A program made the translations under genes and the position numbers. From Phyllobates terribilis (taxonomy: Eukaryota): 64,000 nucleotides of DNA. Shown here piece by piece: positions 1-14,986 of the stretch. The first letter of the stretch is position 1. Each line of letters opens with the position of its first letter. The stretch lies in NCBI RefSeq assembly GCF_046119375.1, contig NW_027362764.1, positions 415,896,001 to 415,960,000 on the forward strand, written 5' to 3'. The notes below the pieces were generated by a model. It saw nothing but the letters and a program-made list of their open reading frames with translations, was not told the DNA's origin and did not search any database.

Positions 1-469
1 CAGCCTTCCCCAGCCATGTGCGCTTCCAGGAGCCTCTTGTCCACGTGCACAATTTATTATGGTTGCTGATGAGGTTTTTGCACTCTCAAGCCATGTTTTG
101 AGGCCATTTGCGCGGAGAGGTTTGGACACATGAAGGCGCATTTTTAACATGCGACTGACAAAAGCCCGTCGTTTTGTTGAGTGTGCTTTTGGATTGTCAA
201 CCTCTAAGTGGCGTATATCTGACAGTGCTATACAAATGCATCCGGCCAATGTTAAGGCAGCCATAAAGGCAAGTATCTTGTTGCTTAATTTTGCAAGAAC
301 ACATGAAGTATCCTTGGATGATGTTGAGGCTGTGACAATGGTAGGCGTGCCAATACCACAGGACATTCCGCGTGGTCCACAATCTGGTACTTCTGGCCTT
401 CGAGTCAGAAATCTTTTTTGTGATTATTTTATGTCACCAGAGGGTAGTGTCCCATGGCAAATGGAGTGA
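1..469 (+). pseudogene. PIF/Harbinger DDE transposase, C-terminal part, degenerate
   Basis: Manual translation gives VADEVFAL..LRPFARRGLD*RRIFNMRLTKARRFVECAFGLSTSKWRI..IKASILLLNF, matching Harbinger/HARBI1-type catalytic motifs; in-frame stop near 130; truncated by window start. Confidence 0.85.
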
Positions 470-1663
470 ATCAAAGCATGTCCTAATTAGATAGAATTGT
501 TGTTGTTTTTTTACAAAATTTTGAGATGCGCTAGTTAGGGACTCGCAAGGTAATGAGGATCCTTGACGTGGGTTGCGAGCTTATTTTTGTTTGTGGAAAA
601 TGTTACACACCGTTCGCAAAGGCTTCCTGTTTCCAAGACAAAATAACAAATACCTAATTTTTCTATTTCAAACATGTTTACTGTTGTTTGATTAAAATTC
701 ATTTGGTATAAACAGAAGCCTCCTCTTTTATTAGTAAATTAGCCTGATTTATGTGTTTACTTCCTGTAAGATATAAAGCCAAATACACGTTCTGATGTTG
801 TACTTTGAATATTGTTTTTAGTCCCAAACTTTTCTGAAATATTTCCATGTATGCTTACTGTTCCATTGGTACCACACAATTATTATGATTGCTGCTTATC
901 TCTTAAGTGATCACACAAACTTTATGTTCACACTCTCTATACAACATCACACACATTGTGTTGTGTGCTTAGTGTAATAGTACAGTGTGCCAACACCCTC
1001 TGGGCCCATTAATGTACATTAGGTGTAATGTCATGTAAGTTGTTAAGCATGTGAATTTTTTTGACACCCATTGTACGTTAATGAAACATTTTATTTTGTA
1101 TTGTTTTTTTTTTCAGGTTGTCATTATCTTAGACATCCACACAACACCAACAAACACACTGTCACCAATGTTATTTGATGATTTTAATTATTTGTGCGTT
1201 CATTTTATAATGTATGTATGAAAAGAAAAACAAACTATCTGAACAAATACATTTTTTTATTATGCAGCCAACACATGTGATTCTGTTATTGTTGCAAGAG
1301 CATCAATAAATATATTTATAATTAAAAAAAAAAGATCATTCGTTATAAATCCACATAATCACCCTGACTCGACTATGATTCTTCTGTTGGGTTTTGTGTG
1401 CTTCCCCATTTAGGGCTGGATGATTGTGTGTCAATTTGACTGGTAGATGTTTGGGGGTTGAGAGAGGGTGTTTGCCCATGTGTGTGTATGGCTGCATGTG
1501 TCACAGATGTATCTGTAGGATTATGGTCTTGTGACAAAGAGACTGAAAAACTTGTTTGTTCTATGGTTTGTGTGTGATGTCTGTAATTTGGAGGGGCTGC
1601 GTATTGGTGAGCTTGCACACTAGGTTGTGGATAATGTTGTGTTGTTGTAATATAGCTGACATA

Positions 1664-3288
1664 CAGTACAGACCAAAAGTTTGGACACACCTCATTTAAA
1701 GATTTTTCTGTATTTTCATGACTATGAAAATTGTACATTCACACTGAAGGCATCAAAACTATGAATTAACACATGTGGAATTATATACTTAACAAAAAAG
1801 TGTGAAACAACTGAAAATATGTCTTATACTCTAGGTTCTTCAAAGTAGCCACCTTTTGCTTTGATGACTGCTTTGCACACTCTTGGCATTCTCTTGATGA
1901 GCTTCTAGAGGTAGTCACCGGAAATGGTTTTCACTTCACAGGTGTGCCCTGTCAGGTTTAATAAGTGGGATTTTTTTTGCCTTCTAAATGGGGTTGGGAC
2001 CATCAGTTGTGTTGTGCAGAAGTCTGGTGGATACACAGCTGATAGTCCTTCTGAATAGACTGTTAGCTGCTTTTTTCTTGCCAGAATACAAATTCTAAGT
2101 AAAGAAAAATGAGTAGCCATCATTACTTTAAGAAATGAAGGTCAGTCAGTGCGAAAAATTGGGAAAACTTTGAAAGTGTCCCCAAGTGCAGTTGAAAAAA
2201 CCATCAAGCACTACAAAGAAACTGGCTCACATGAGGACCGCCCCTGGAAAGGAAGAGCAAGAGTCACCTCTGCTTCTGAGGCTAAGTTTATCCGAGTCAC
2301 CAGCCTCAGAAATCGCAGGTTAACAGCAGCTCAGATTAGAGACCAGGTCAATGCCACACAGAGTTCTAGCAGCAGACACATCTCTACAACAACTATTAAG
2401 AGGAGACTTTGGGCAGCAGGCCTTCATGGTAAAATAGCTGCTAGGAAACCACTGCTAAGGACAGGCAACAAGTAGAAGAGACTTGTTTGGGCTAAAGAAC
2501 ACAAGGAATGGACATTAGACCAGTGGAAATCTGTGCTTTGGTCTGATGAGTCCAAATTTGAGATCTTTGGTTCCAACCACCATGTCTTTGTGCGACGCAG
2601 AAAAGGTGAACGGATGGACTCTACATGACTGGTTCTCACCGTGAAGCATGGAGGAGGAGGTGTGGGGATGCTTTGCTGGTGACACTGTTGGGGATTTATT
2701 CAAAATTGAGGGCATACTGAACCAGCATGGCTACCACAGCATCTTGCACCGGCATGCTATTCCATCCGGTTTGCGTTTAGTTGGACCATCATTTATTTTT
2801 CAACAGTACAATGACCCCAAACACACCTCCAGGCTGTGTAAGGGCTATTTGACCAAGAAGGAGAGGAGTGATGGGGTGCTATGCCAGATGACCTGGCCTC
2901 CACAGTCACCAGACCTGAACCCAATCGAGATGGTTTGGGGGTGAGCTGGACCGCAGAGTGAAGGCAAAAGGGCCAACAAGTGCTAAGCATCTCTGGGATC
3001 TCCTTCAAGATTGTTGGAAGACCATTTCCGGTGACTACCTCTTGAAGCTCATCAAGAGAATGCCAAGAGTGTGCAAAGCAGTCATCAAAGCAAAAGGTGG
3101 CTACTTTGAAGAACCTAGAGTATAAGACATATTTTCAGTTGTTTCACACTTTTTTGTTAAGTATATAATTCCACATGTGTTAATTCATAGTTTTGATCCC
3201 TTCAGTGTGAATGTACAATTTTCATAGTCATGAAAATATATAAAAATCTTTAAATGAGAAGGTGTGTCCAAACTTTTGGTCTGTACTG
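1664..3288 (+). mobile_element. Tc1/mariner family A, full length, disrupted transposase
   Basis: TA-flanked; ~265-bp TIRs starting CAGTACAGACCAAAAGTTTGGACACACC; fragments [27 protein letters not shown] with stops and frameshifts. Confidence 0.95.
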
Positions 3289-5453
3289 TATCTTTGAGAT
3301 GGTTTAGCTAGTTGAGATCTTGCCCGAGGCTTGTGAAGTCCAAATGGTTGTGGCACAGGTGTCTGATGCTTTGCAGACAGAGTGTACGGCTGAGGCTCAT
3401 AAAATGTTGGCCCACCAGTATCCACCACAGGCATGAGGGTAGTCAGATGTGGATATTGCTGGTTGGATGGTGGTGTTGGACGGACAGAAGAAGGGCTCAG
3501 GCATGTGCTGGTACTGATGGGTGTAGGCGGTGTTTGGCAACACGGAATAGGGAGCAGCCATGTGCTAATATCGATGGGTGTCTAGGGTTTTGTGGAACAG
3601 CAGAGGGTGCAGACATGTGCCGATAGGGTTGGGTTGCAGTTAGATTTACCGGCACAGAAGACCGTGTAGCAACATTTTGACCATGTGTACTGGACGTAGC
3701 AGATGGCCAGTTCGCCATTGTTCAATTGGTTCAAGAACCTGGTTTAGCTCCTGTGGTCCCTGGCTTGCATCATTGAGTGTCAGTATTGCAGCCCATACCT
3801 GTTCCTGACGTTCCTCTGGAACTTTTGCAAGACACGGAGACAGTGACCTACAACAGCGATCAACTGATGTTTGTGGTGTGATGAAATTGGTGATCGCAAG
3901 ACCCCAAGCATCAATCACCTCTGTCAGCATACGCAGGTCTTCCTGACGCCTGGTTCTTCTTCCTTGGACATTGGTGGCAATGATCTTTTTACGAATCTGT
4001 GTGGATGATGCCTGTGGTTGTGGTGCATTTTGTGTTTGGCCTGATGGTTGAGAACTTTCTTGTGTGCTTACTGGAGCAAGATCAGTGGAGGCTTCAGCAG
4101 CATCAGACACATCTTCAGCCTGTGCTTGTGGATTCTGGTCAGCTGGGGGGTCTGTCTCCGACGTTGATGTACATGTTGCGGATGGTTCTGCTCTTGTAGA
4201 TTCATCTGAGTCCTCCAGGTTGTCATCAGTTCTATGAGAAATTACATTGACAAGATATTATTGTAGGCATGATAAAATTTAGTCAAACATAAGTGTTGCC
4301 ATCTTTTAAATCATAGCAACAAAAGCTGGAGCGTCAGTTTAAAGGCCTTTACCATTATGAAGATCACAATTTTGACAGTGTACTTCTAACTTAACACATA
4401 TGTTTTTTATTAGGCACATAATCTGTATGTGTGTTTATGATTTAGATAATATACATTTATGAAACTAACAACTTATCATATCAGATTATGTTGTGCCTAA
4501 AATATAAAAAAAAACATACACAGTCACTTGCTGGTTGAGTTCCATTATTGGCTTGAGAAATGCTAAATTCTTATAGTAAACATGTCGCCTTTTTTTGGCG
4601 GCACCTGATGTCGTGGGTAGGGGAAGAAATTCTCGCCTGAACTGATCCCTCGCTGAGCGCCATCGCCGCTTTACAAAATCAACTGAAAGACAATAGTACG
4701 AAAAAATATGAGTGTACATGTTTAAAGTTGGTAAAAACAATTGCCTAATATACTATTTGTAAATTTAAAAAAAACTAGTTTTGCACACCTAATTCAATTG
4801 ATAAGTGAAAAATCATACATTTTAAAAGAAAAATCCTTTAAAATGTAAAAAGTATTAGAACTGAGTACTGTGGGACCAATTTAAGAAATGATGTCGGCAT
4901 TCATTTATATTTTGGGATAACATAAATGTAAACATTTATTTAATTTTTAAAGTGAAAACTTGGTTGAGGGACTCAGGGTAGGTAGGGAAAAATTTAAATA
5001 GTGGGTGCAGTAATGCATTATATGTGTGGCCCTGCCAGGGGCAATAAATGGTCAGTGTTTACAGAAACAGTGGAGATAACACACAAAAATAAGAAGCACA
5101 CAAAGGGTTAGTATTAGGTAAACTTTCACATTTGCATGGAGAACAATACCAGCCAGCACATGGCCACCTAATGGTTTTTACATGTTATGTTAAAACTTGG
5201 CACAGATATTATGGTTCCAAAATCCAAAAAGTCAATTAAAATTTAAGTAACCTTGCAACACACAGTTAACACATTGGATTATTTATGTGCAAATTTACCC
5301 ATAAAGGTAAAAATTAAAAAGCATCAAATTCAATATACTTATGGGGCAAAACAAGAAGAAGAAATTTCAAAAATACTAGCAGAAAGTTACAAGGCCATGG
5401 AAGGGAATTCAAAACAATATTGCACTTTGTTTTTGGTAAAAAATTGAAAGGTA

Positions 5454-7029
<1,576 letters not shown>

Positions 7030-8531
7030 TATAATGGCCAAACACATCGCCACACATACCTAATGTACACATGGCAGCTAATTTATTAAATATTTCAAAA
7101 AGTAACAAATTTTTTAATGTGTTGTAGGAAAAGAGTGGAAATACTGTAATACTGGCATGATAAGATGCCTAAATACAAGCTACAAAATCAGGCCACAGAC
7201 ACACAATGCATGTTTAATACATGTTTAAGCAAGGTTGGTTACTATCAACCATACTTTAAACTAAACATTTGGGTATGAAAAAAGTTCACACGGTAATATT
7301 TGATTGAGTATATATGTTATTTAAAACAAATATTGTCTGTGTGGCTTAGCTCTTTAAAATTAAAAGCTACACAGCACAATGACAAGTCTATGCATTTAAA
7401 AAATAGGATAAAGGAACTGCTATAGGATAACTTGCCAAACTTTGCCTGCTTGGCTGGTGAATATGTGGCCCATCCTGTTCTTGGGAAGAGCTGTGCAGCT
7501 ACAGCAAGCCATGCCCTTTCTATTGTCAGCCTGTCATGGTATCCCTCTTTTCTGGTGTCCCAAAGATCAGGGTGCTGCTCCACAAGAAATATTAGCCGTG
7601 CTGTGTCCACACTGGGGGCCATTATAAAGAGAAATCTCACCACACTTGCAAAACACCACTACGCTCATACTATTCCAATTTCACTTATCACAAAATGCTG
7701 CCAAGAGGACAAAGTCATCTTCCCCTCTCCCCACACTGCTCACTCTTGCCTTGCAATGTACCGCTTGCTGAATTAGCAGTCTTTCTGGATTAAAGGACTT
7801 TTAATTGCAACAGGATCAGTGAGTTGCTGCCTTTCATTTGCATAGTGAGGAGGAGCTGGTGATCCACAGTGTCAAATGCTGCAGAGAGATCCAGGAGTAT
7901 CATCAGGGAGTAGTAACCATTAGATTTAGCTATTTGTAGATCATTAGAGAGTTTAATATGGGCAGTTTCTGTAGAGTGAAAGGAGTGGAAACTGAATTGT
8001 AAAGGGTAAAGAAGGGAATCATCTTAAAGATAGCAGATTAGACAAGAGTGGACCAAGTTTTCCAGGAGTGTAGAGTTAAAGGGGAGATTTGAAACAGGTT
8101 TGTAGTTAGCAGTGCAGTTTTGTTCTGTATATTTTTTTTTAGCAATGGGTTTATGATGGCGTGTTTGAAGGAGGAGGCAAAGATACCGGAAGAATGAGAG
8201 AGGTGAAATATCTTAGTTAGGTAGTGACTGCAGGAGAGAGGTACTGGAAGAAATGAAAGGGAATTGTTGCAGGTAGTAGGGCAACAAGATGCGAGGAGCC
8301 TGCTAACCTCTTCTGCGACTGGTTCGAAGACATAAAGTGAGCTAGATGACGTGCAGGAGGGATGAGCATGCATGATATTGGGGACAATTTCCTGTTGGTT
8401 ACGATCATTTGTTTTCTTTGAAATAATTGGTCAGATCGTCAGCGCTGAGGTTGGTGATTGGGGCTTGCACTTTAGGACTTAGGAGGGAGCGAAAAGTTTT
8501 AAATGTCCATTTTAGATTGTTAGATAGTGAG

Positions 8532-8827
8532 TAGTAATGAGCGAATGTGCTCGGATAAGGGGTTATCTGAGCACGCTCGGGTGCTAACCGAGTATCTTCG
8601 GCGTGCTCACAAATAGGTTTGCGTCACCGCGACTGTTTGACAGCCAAGAAACATTCAGGGATTGCCTGACAAACATGCAATCCCTGCATGTGTTGCGGCT
8701 GTCTAACAGCCGCGAGACATGCAGCCGTGTCGACGTGAACCTATTTTGTGAGCAAGCCGAAGATACTGGGTTAGCACCCGAGCGTGCTTGGATAACCCCT
8801 TAACCCGACCATGTTCACGCGACACTA
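8532..8827. mobile_element. hAT-type MITE
   Basis: Left terminus TAGTAATGAGCGA resembles the hAT end at 34288; long internal inverted repeats (gataaggggttatctgagcacgctcgggtgctaacc and its reverse complement); TSD imperfect. Confidence 0.6.
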
Positions 8828-9377
8828 ATAGGTGATGAGGGTTGCTAAAGTAGGCTTGTTTGAAGAGGTGAAGGGCAGAGTTATGTTTTAAGCATAAACT
8901 AAGAATGGATGAAATCTTCAGCCCAAAAAAATTTTCTCCACAGATGTTCGGCTCCCCACTTGAGAAAACGTGTTTTCATCATTTGCTATGGTTGCCGTCA
9001 TCTGTGCCGTGGTATTCTATGTGTAGGGGTGCAGCTTCATTAAAGGCGCTTTCCAGTGTTTAATTATAATATTTTAGAGCCAATTGGGACATGACAGTGA
9101 GGAGATTGGAGCCAATGATGAATGTAAATTCTTCATAAGTTGCTGGGTATTGATGGAACGTAGATTTCTATAAGTGTGATAAGCAGGTGTGTCTTGAGCA
9201 AGCGACTTTTTTTTGACAGAGAAGGAAGGAAAGTTGGTGTTACAAAGATGGAATGGGGAGTTAGTAAGATCATGCACTGAGCAGAGGCAGAAGACCAGGT
9301 CCAGTGTATTCCCGTCCTTATGTGTAGGAGAGCTAGGACCAAGAGAGGAGGTTAGAGACAGAAGAAGAGTGGCAGAT

Positions 9378-10574
9378 TTTCTGTTTTTGCGTTTTTTGTT
9401 CCCCTTCTTTCCAGAATCATAACGTTTTTATTTTTCAGTCAATATGGCCATATCATATCGTGTACTGGAAAATGGGGAAGAAATTCCAAGTGCGGTGAAA
9501 TTGCAAAAAAAAGTGCGATTCCACAGTTGTTTTTTTTTTTTTTTTTTTTACCACGTTCACTAAATGCTAAAACTGGCCTGCCATTATGATTCTCCAGATC
9601 ATTACGAGTTCGTAGACACCAAACATGTATAGGTTCTTTTTTACTTAAGTGGTGAAAAAAAAATCCAAAGTTTGTTAAAAAAAAGGCACTATTTTCTGGG
9701 ACTCATAGCGTCTCCATTTTTCGGGATCTGGGACCAGATCAGGGACCAGTTGAGGGCTTATTTTTTGCTCGCTGAGCTGACATTTTTATTGATATAATTT
9801 TGCTGTAGATACGATGTTTTAATCATCCGTTATTGCATTTTATTGCAATGTACCGGTGACCAAAAAAGTAATTCTGGCTTTTTGAATTTTTTTTGTTGTT
9901 GCGCCGTTTACCGATCGGATTAATTCTTTTGTTATATTGATAGATCGGGCGATTCTGAACACGACAATACCAAATATGTGTATATTTGATTTTTTTATTG
10001 TTTTATTTTGAATGGGGCGAAATGGGGGTGATTTGAACTTTTTTTTATATTTTTTTAATATTTATAAAACCATTTTTTTTACACTTTTGACATGCTTCAA
10101 TAGTCTCCAAGGGAGACTAGAAGCAGCATTTGTCTGATCTCTTCTGTTACACACAGGCGATGATCAGATCGCCTGTGTGTAGCAGAAATGCTCACTTGCT
10201 ATGAGCTTGCCGACCGCTGGGTGGCGCTCATAGCAATCTGGCAATGACAACCACAGGGGTCTCCTGCTGACCCCAGGTTGTCATGCCAACCCATCGGCGA
10301 CTCGCGATCAAGTGACGAGGTCACTGATAAGCAGAGCCAGTGACGCGCATCCAGTTTGTATGAGTTGAATGCTGCTGTCAGAGATTGACTGCGGCATTTA
10401 ACTACTTAACAGCCACGGGTGGATCGCGATTCCAACCGCGGCTGTTAGGGGCACATGTCGGCTGAATAGATCAGCCGTAATGTGCCCGGAAAGGTGCGGG
10501 CTCAGCACTGGAGCCCGCAATAAAAGGAGGGAGCCGACGTGTGTCATACTATTACGGCACACGTCGGAAAGGGG
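9378..10574 (-). mobile_element. Non-autonomous piggyBac-like element, left end truncated
   Basis: Ends AAGGGG followed by TTAA (10575-10578), inserted in the L2 GDFN codons; reverse-complement similarity to 40848-42108. Confidence 0.75.
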
Positions 10575-10869
10575 TTAAAGTCCCCCAAAATGAGAATGTC
10601 ACAGGATAGTAAGTGAGGAAGCCAGGTGGCAGTGTGATCTAGGAACGGGAGGGAGGGGCGGAAAACACCCGCCACTCTCAGGGAGAAGGGGTGAAAAAGT
10701 CTGACAGTGTGGACCTCAAAAAAGGAAAGATAAGTGAGTGTACGGGGGGGTGACCTGAAAAGCACATTTTGATGAAAAAAGCAGAACAACACCTCTGTAA
10801 AATGTAGGCCTCCATAAGAGAGCAGCAATGGAGGTGGTGTCTGAGTGTTGGATCCAGATTTCAATAAGT

Positions 10870-11286
10870 ATCGACATGTACTTTTTTTTGTTCTTTTTCT
10901 TCCCCTTCCCTTTCTCATACAAACACTTGTTGCATATGTATATGAAAAAAAAAATTCCTTTTCTTTTCTTTTTTCTCTCTTCTAAAGAAAAAAAACATTG
11001 CTTAACAAATCTAACATATGAATAAAACTGTAGGGGAACAAAGCGCACAAGACCATTGGATGATACCCTTTAGGTACAAGGAAAGTAAAAGGTAAGTGCT
11101 CACCTGAGCAGGTTGTGTGCAGGCACAACTCTTACGAACAACGGATGCAATTGTTGTTTTACTTGAAAAAGACGCTTGTCCATCGTTGAAACGCATTGTG
11201 GAAATAAAAACTGGTCCTAAGGATTCTTCATTACAGCAACGCAGCCTGAAATCGTGTTATCGTCCAAACTGGTCATGAATAACTGT

Positions 11287-11290
<4 letters not shown>
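10870..11290 (+). mobile_element. Probable Penelope-like 3' tail/pseudo-LTR with atypical hammerhead-like motif
   Basis: CTTGAAAAAG..GAAACGCATTG followed by AATAAA at 11162-11208; same layout as the PLE tail at 43352-43470; lies tail-to-tail with the minus-strand PLE. Confidence 0.4.

Positions 11291-11328
<38 letters not shown>
11290..11328. repeat. (TA)n microsatellite
   Basis: Direct reading. Confidence 0.95.
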
Positions 11329-11329
<1 letters not shown>

Positions 11330-11339
11330 GTATCTATCT

Positions 11340-12895
11340 ATAATAAATATTTATATATGTGTGTGTGTATATAATATCCCAAATGGGATGCATTTTTTTG
11401 CATATATTGGAGAAATCTTCAGCAATTTTTTTTTTGGCACAGATTGTGCATATTGTAACTTACATACTTCGCACCCGATGCAGTAAAGTACGTGATGTGC
11501 GTTAGTTAACAAAAAGTGTTTGATGTCTCGATAACTGTCATACGTAACATCATACATTTTTTTCTTTGCTGCATAAGAACAGACGTTACATCTATTACAC
11601 TCACGTTTGTAAAATCCTTGAGTGGTGAACCATTTTTTGGGGTATCTTTTTCAATAAAGAGGCTTTGTGATAGAATATTACCAAAAGATTTGCCTCTTTT
11701 AGCAACAAAACGGCATCCATTGTCAACAGTTTTTTTCTTTCAAAACCTCGTCCCGATGCAACAGAGGTAAGTATTTAATAACATTTTTTATTTCATTGAA
11801 CTGTGCTAAAAGCTGGTTTCACAGCTTTATATTTGAAGGGTTTTGCATCATATAATAGAGACTCTTTAGACATCAACCTGCCTTTCAGTAAGTGCACTGG
11901 AATTTTTGTTGTAGTCTTTGTTTCTATTTTTCTTTTGCATAAACTTGAGTATTGGAGCTAATTCGTTTAGCCCTAATAAATTCTCCATATGGAGTAGATT
12001 CAACTGTGTGCTTGGTGCTGACAACTAGTAGCTAACAGTATTGTGTTGCCAGATATTTTTTTCTTAAATATGGAGATATGTACCTGACTATTATAACAGC
12101 ATCCCCCAACCCAAAAAAATGTAATCCAAAAATGCACTACTGGTGGTGAGAAATCGTTGGTATTGAAATAGTTAATGAGATCTGGTACAACCTTCACTGC
12201 AACCTTACACACCATAAGTATGTCGTCCATGTATCGGCTAGATATTTAATTAATAAAAATGTTGTTACTAGAAAAAACAAATATTTTTTCCCACCACCCA
12301 ACATAAAGGATTGCTGTGAATGTCGAGAATCTTGATCCCATTGGCAATCCTTCATTTTGTAAAAAGGATTATTTATCAACATAAAGAAATTGTGACCAAT
12401 AAAATACTCGTCTGCAATCAGCTGGATTTCAGTGCACAGGAATAGGAACTGTGTTTGTTCAAATGTTATTTCAGGGCAACAAGTTCCTTATCATGGGGCA
12501 TACATGAGTAGAGGTTCACAATATCACTCACAACAAAAATGTGGTTGCGCCACTACACGAAGCCGTCCATGGCTTTAAAGACTATGAACTGTCCTTCAAA
12601 AAAAAACTGAAATCCTGCTGGCTAAAGGCTGCAGATTGTTGTCAGTCCAGGCAATGAGCCTCTCATCAAGAGCCCCAATGCCTGAGATGATAGAGCGTAA
12701 TGGAGGAGGGGAGACATCCATAGGAGTTTTTTTGCAGACTGTGGAAAATGGGTGTAATTGGCTGGGTGTTGCAAATAAGTTTTACAGAATTATTGCCTAA
12801 AACCTCTCAATTTTCGACCCTGCTTTAACATATCAATAAGAGTAGATGAAAACAGGATTGTGGGATCAGATTGTAATCTCCAATATGTTGCATTA
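11340..12895 (-). mobile_element. Penelope-like element (RT plus GIY-YIG remnant), decayed
   Basis: Minus-strand PIFHSL..PPPLRSIISGIG, DIVNLYSCMPHD and HVLYCIGCEVCKLQY (GIY-YIG-like); interrupted at 12896 by the capsid-NTD-only LTR element. Confidence 0.7.
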
Positions 12896-13382
12896 TGTAA
12901 TGCACACGCCCGGGCTGAGCGGCGTGTGCGTGTGATTCCACTGGACCGTGCCGGAGAGTGAATGCCTGGAGAGGCGTAACTAGGTATTCACCCGATCCGA
13001 CCAGGGTCGCACGACGGCATGCGACGCCAGTGCACCCAGGAGGAACCGAGCAGAGGGACCAGGTGCTACTCCAGGACAGACCCCGGACACGGCTGTTGAC
13101 CCACACAGGGGAATACAGGAACAGACTGGTTAGGCTGGCACACAGACTGGTGGGAATAGGCAGGCACGACTGGTATGCGGGCAGGCGGGTATGAAGGCAG
13201 GGGGGTACAGGCAAGCACGGCTAGAGTGCAGACAGGAAGGCACTAGCAGGCAGGAACACAGGCGGGATAGGACCCAGTACACACTGGGACTCTGGAACAG
13301 AACCACAGATGTGGCAGACAAACACAGCAAAGTGAGGCCGCCCAGAGAGGTGAGCGAGAGCAAGGCAGGACGAGACCGCCTG

Positions 13383-14027
13383 GAGCGGTGAGCAAGAGCA
13401 GAGCAGGACGAGACCGCCTGGAGCGGTGAGCAAGAGCAGAGCAGGACGAGACCGCCTGGAGCGGTGAGCAAGAGCAGAGCAGGACGAGACCGCCTGGAGC
13501 GGTGAGCAAGAGCAGAGCAGGACGAGACCGCCTGGAGCGGTGAGAAAGAGCAGAGCAGAACGAGACCTCCTGGAGCGGTGAGCAAGAGCAGAGCAGGACG
13601 AGACCGCCTGGAGCGGTGAGCAAGAGCAGAGCAGGACGAGACCGCCTGGAGCGGTGAGCAAGAGCAGAGCAGGACGAGACCGCCTGGAGCGGTGAGCAAG
13701 AGCAGAGCAGGACGAGACCGCCTGGAGCGGTGAGCAAGAGCAGAGCAGGACGAGACCGCCTGGAGCGGTGAGCAAGAGCAGAGTAGGACGAGACCGCCTG
13801 GAGCGGTGAGCAAGAGCAGAGCAGGACGAGACCGCCTGGAGCACTGAGCAAGAGCAGAGCAGGACGAGACCGCCTGGAGCGGTGAGCAAGAGCAGAGTAG
13901 GACGAGACCGCCTGGAGCGGTGAGCAAGAGCAGAGCAGGACGAGACCGCCTGGAGCGGTGAGCAAGAGCAGAGCAGGACGAGACCGCCTGGAGCGGTGAG
14001 CAAGAGCAGAGCAGGACGAGACTGCCG
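13383..14027. repeat. 38-bp minisatellite, 17 units
   Basis: Unit GAGCGGTGAGCAAGAGCAGAGCAGGACGAGACCGCCTG; starts at 13383 and recurs every 38 bp to 13991. Confidence 0.95.
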
Positions 14028-14319
14028 GAGCAGTGAGCAAAGGAGTCAGAGCGGAGCGAGACTGAGCAGGGGGAACAGGGCTCTGTTCACACGGAACAGA
14101 CAGGAAGGAAAAGGCAGAGCCAGATACCCACAAGGTACTTGCAGTGAAGTAGCGAGTGGACCACAAACACACAAACGGGAGTACAGAGACAACAAGCAGG
14201 AGTTAGGTACGAGTTCAGACTCTGCAGAAAATGGAAAGGAACGGACATAGAGGCAAAACAGGTAAAGGATAGGAGAGAGTTCAGACTGGAACTGAGTGTA
14301 CGGAAGAGACCGACACTGC

Positions 14320-14640
14320 AGCGGGATACAGGAGCGGGTCTGGGAATACGGCCCCCAGAGAGGCGGGACGAACAGGCAAGGAGCGTGTTCAGACAGGACA
14401 GACAAGATACAGGAGCGGGTCTAGGTAATCGGCCCCTAGAAGGCGGGAGGAACAGGCTAGGAGCGAGTTCAGACAGGACAGACAAGATACAGGAGCGGGT
14501 CTAGGTAATCGGCCCCTAGATGGCGTGAGGAACAGGCTAGGAGCAAGTTCAGACAGGACAGACAAGATACAGGAGCGGGTCTAGGTAATCGGCCCCTAGA
14601 AGGCGGGAGGAACAGGCTAGGAGCGTGTTCAGACAGGCCT
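14320..14640. repeat. 80-bp tandem repeat, about 4 units (mirrored at about 18180-18500)
   Basis: GACAAGATACAGGAGCGGGTCTAGG recurs at 14401, 14481 and 14561. Confidence 0.9.
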
Positions 14641-14986
14641 GGAAATACAGCCTCCAGGATAGGCAGACAAGAGAACACAGAACGGGACCTGGCACCTTCA
14701 GAGTGCAAGCACACACTGAATGAAACACAATGCTCAGGCAGGGATTGATTGGAGCAGCTGGGTTATATACCAGGTGACAGACAGCAATAGGCTGAGGACG
14801 CACAAGGGGTGTGAACCCCAGCAGGTACAAAAAGCAGGAAGTGATCGGGCGCCGCCCTTAAGCAGCAGAAACAGACACAAACAGACAGCATGGAGGGAAG
14901 CCAGAGAGACATTCTGGACTGGAGATCAAGTGTGCGCTCTTGCACAGTGGGAGATGGACCACCATGCAAGGGCGCCGCCAGGTATG

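Larger units (their letters stand above)
7790..10870 (-). mobile_element. L2/CR1-clade LINE ORF2 fragments (APE endonuclease and RT), interrupted
   Basis: Minus-strand peptides FEVHTVRLFHPFSLRV..ILGDFN, HKDGNTLDLVFCL, SSFKHAIINPLLKK and [13 protein letters not shown] (about 7900-7860); many frameshifts; split by MITEs. Confidence 0.8.

Noticed and set aside
13383-14027. CRISPR-like periodicity of the 38-bp repeat
   Set aside because: Head-to-tail identical units with no unique spacers, no cas genes, eukaryotic context.
13130-14172. Long overlapping minus-strand ORFs (260-309 aa, LLTAPGGLVLLCSCSPLQAVSSCSALAHRSRRSRPA repeats); likewise 17066-18032 and 61585-62631
   Set aside because: By-product of a 38-bp (or 37-bp) unit lacking stops on the C/T-rich strand; all three frames are open, mostly with non-ATG starts and no domain.
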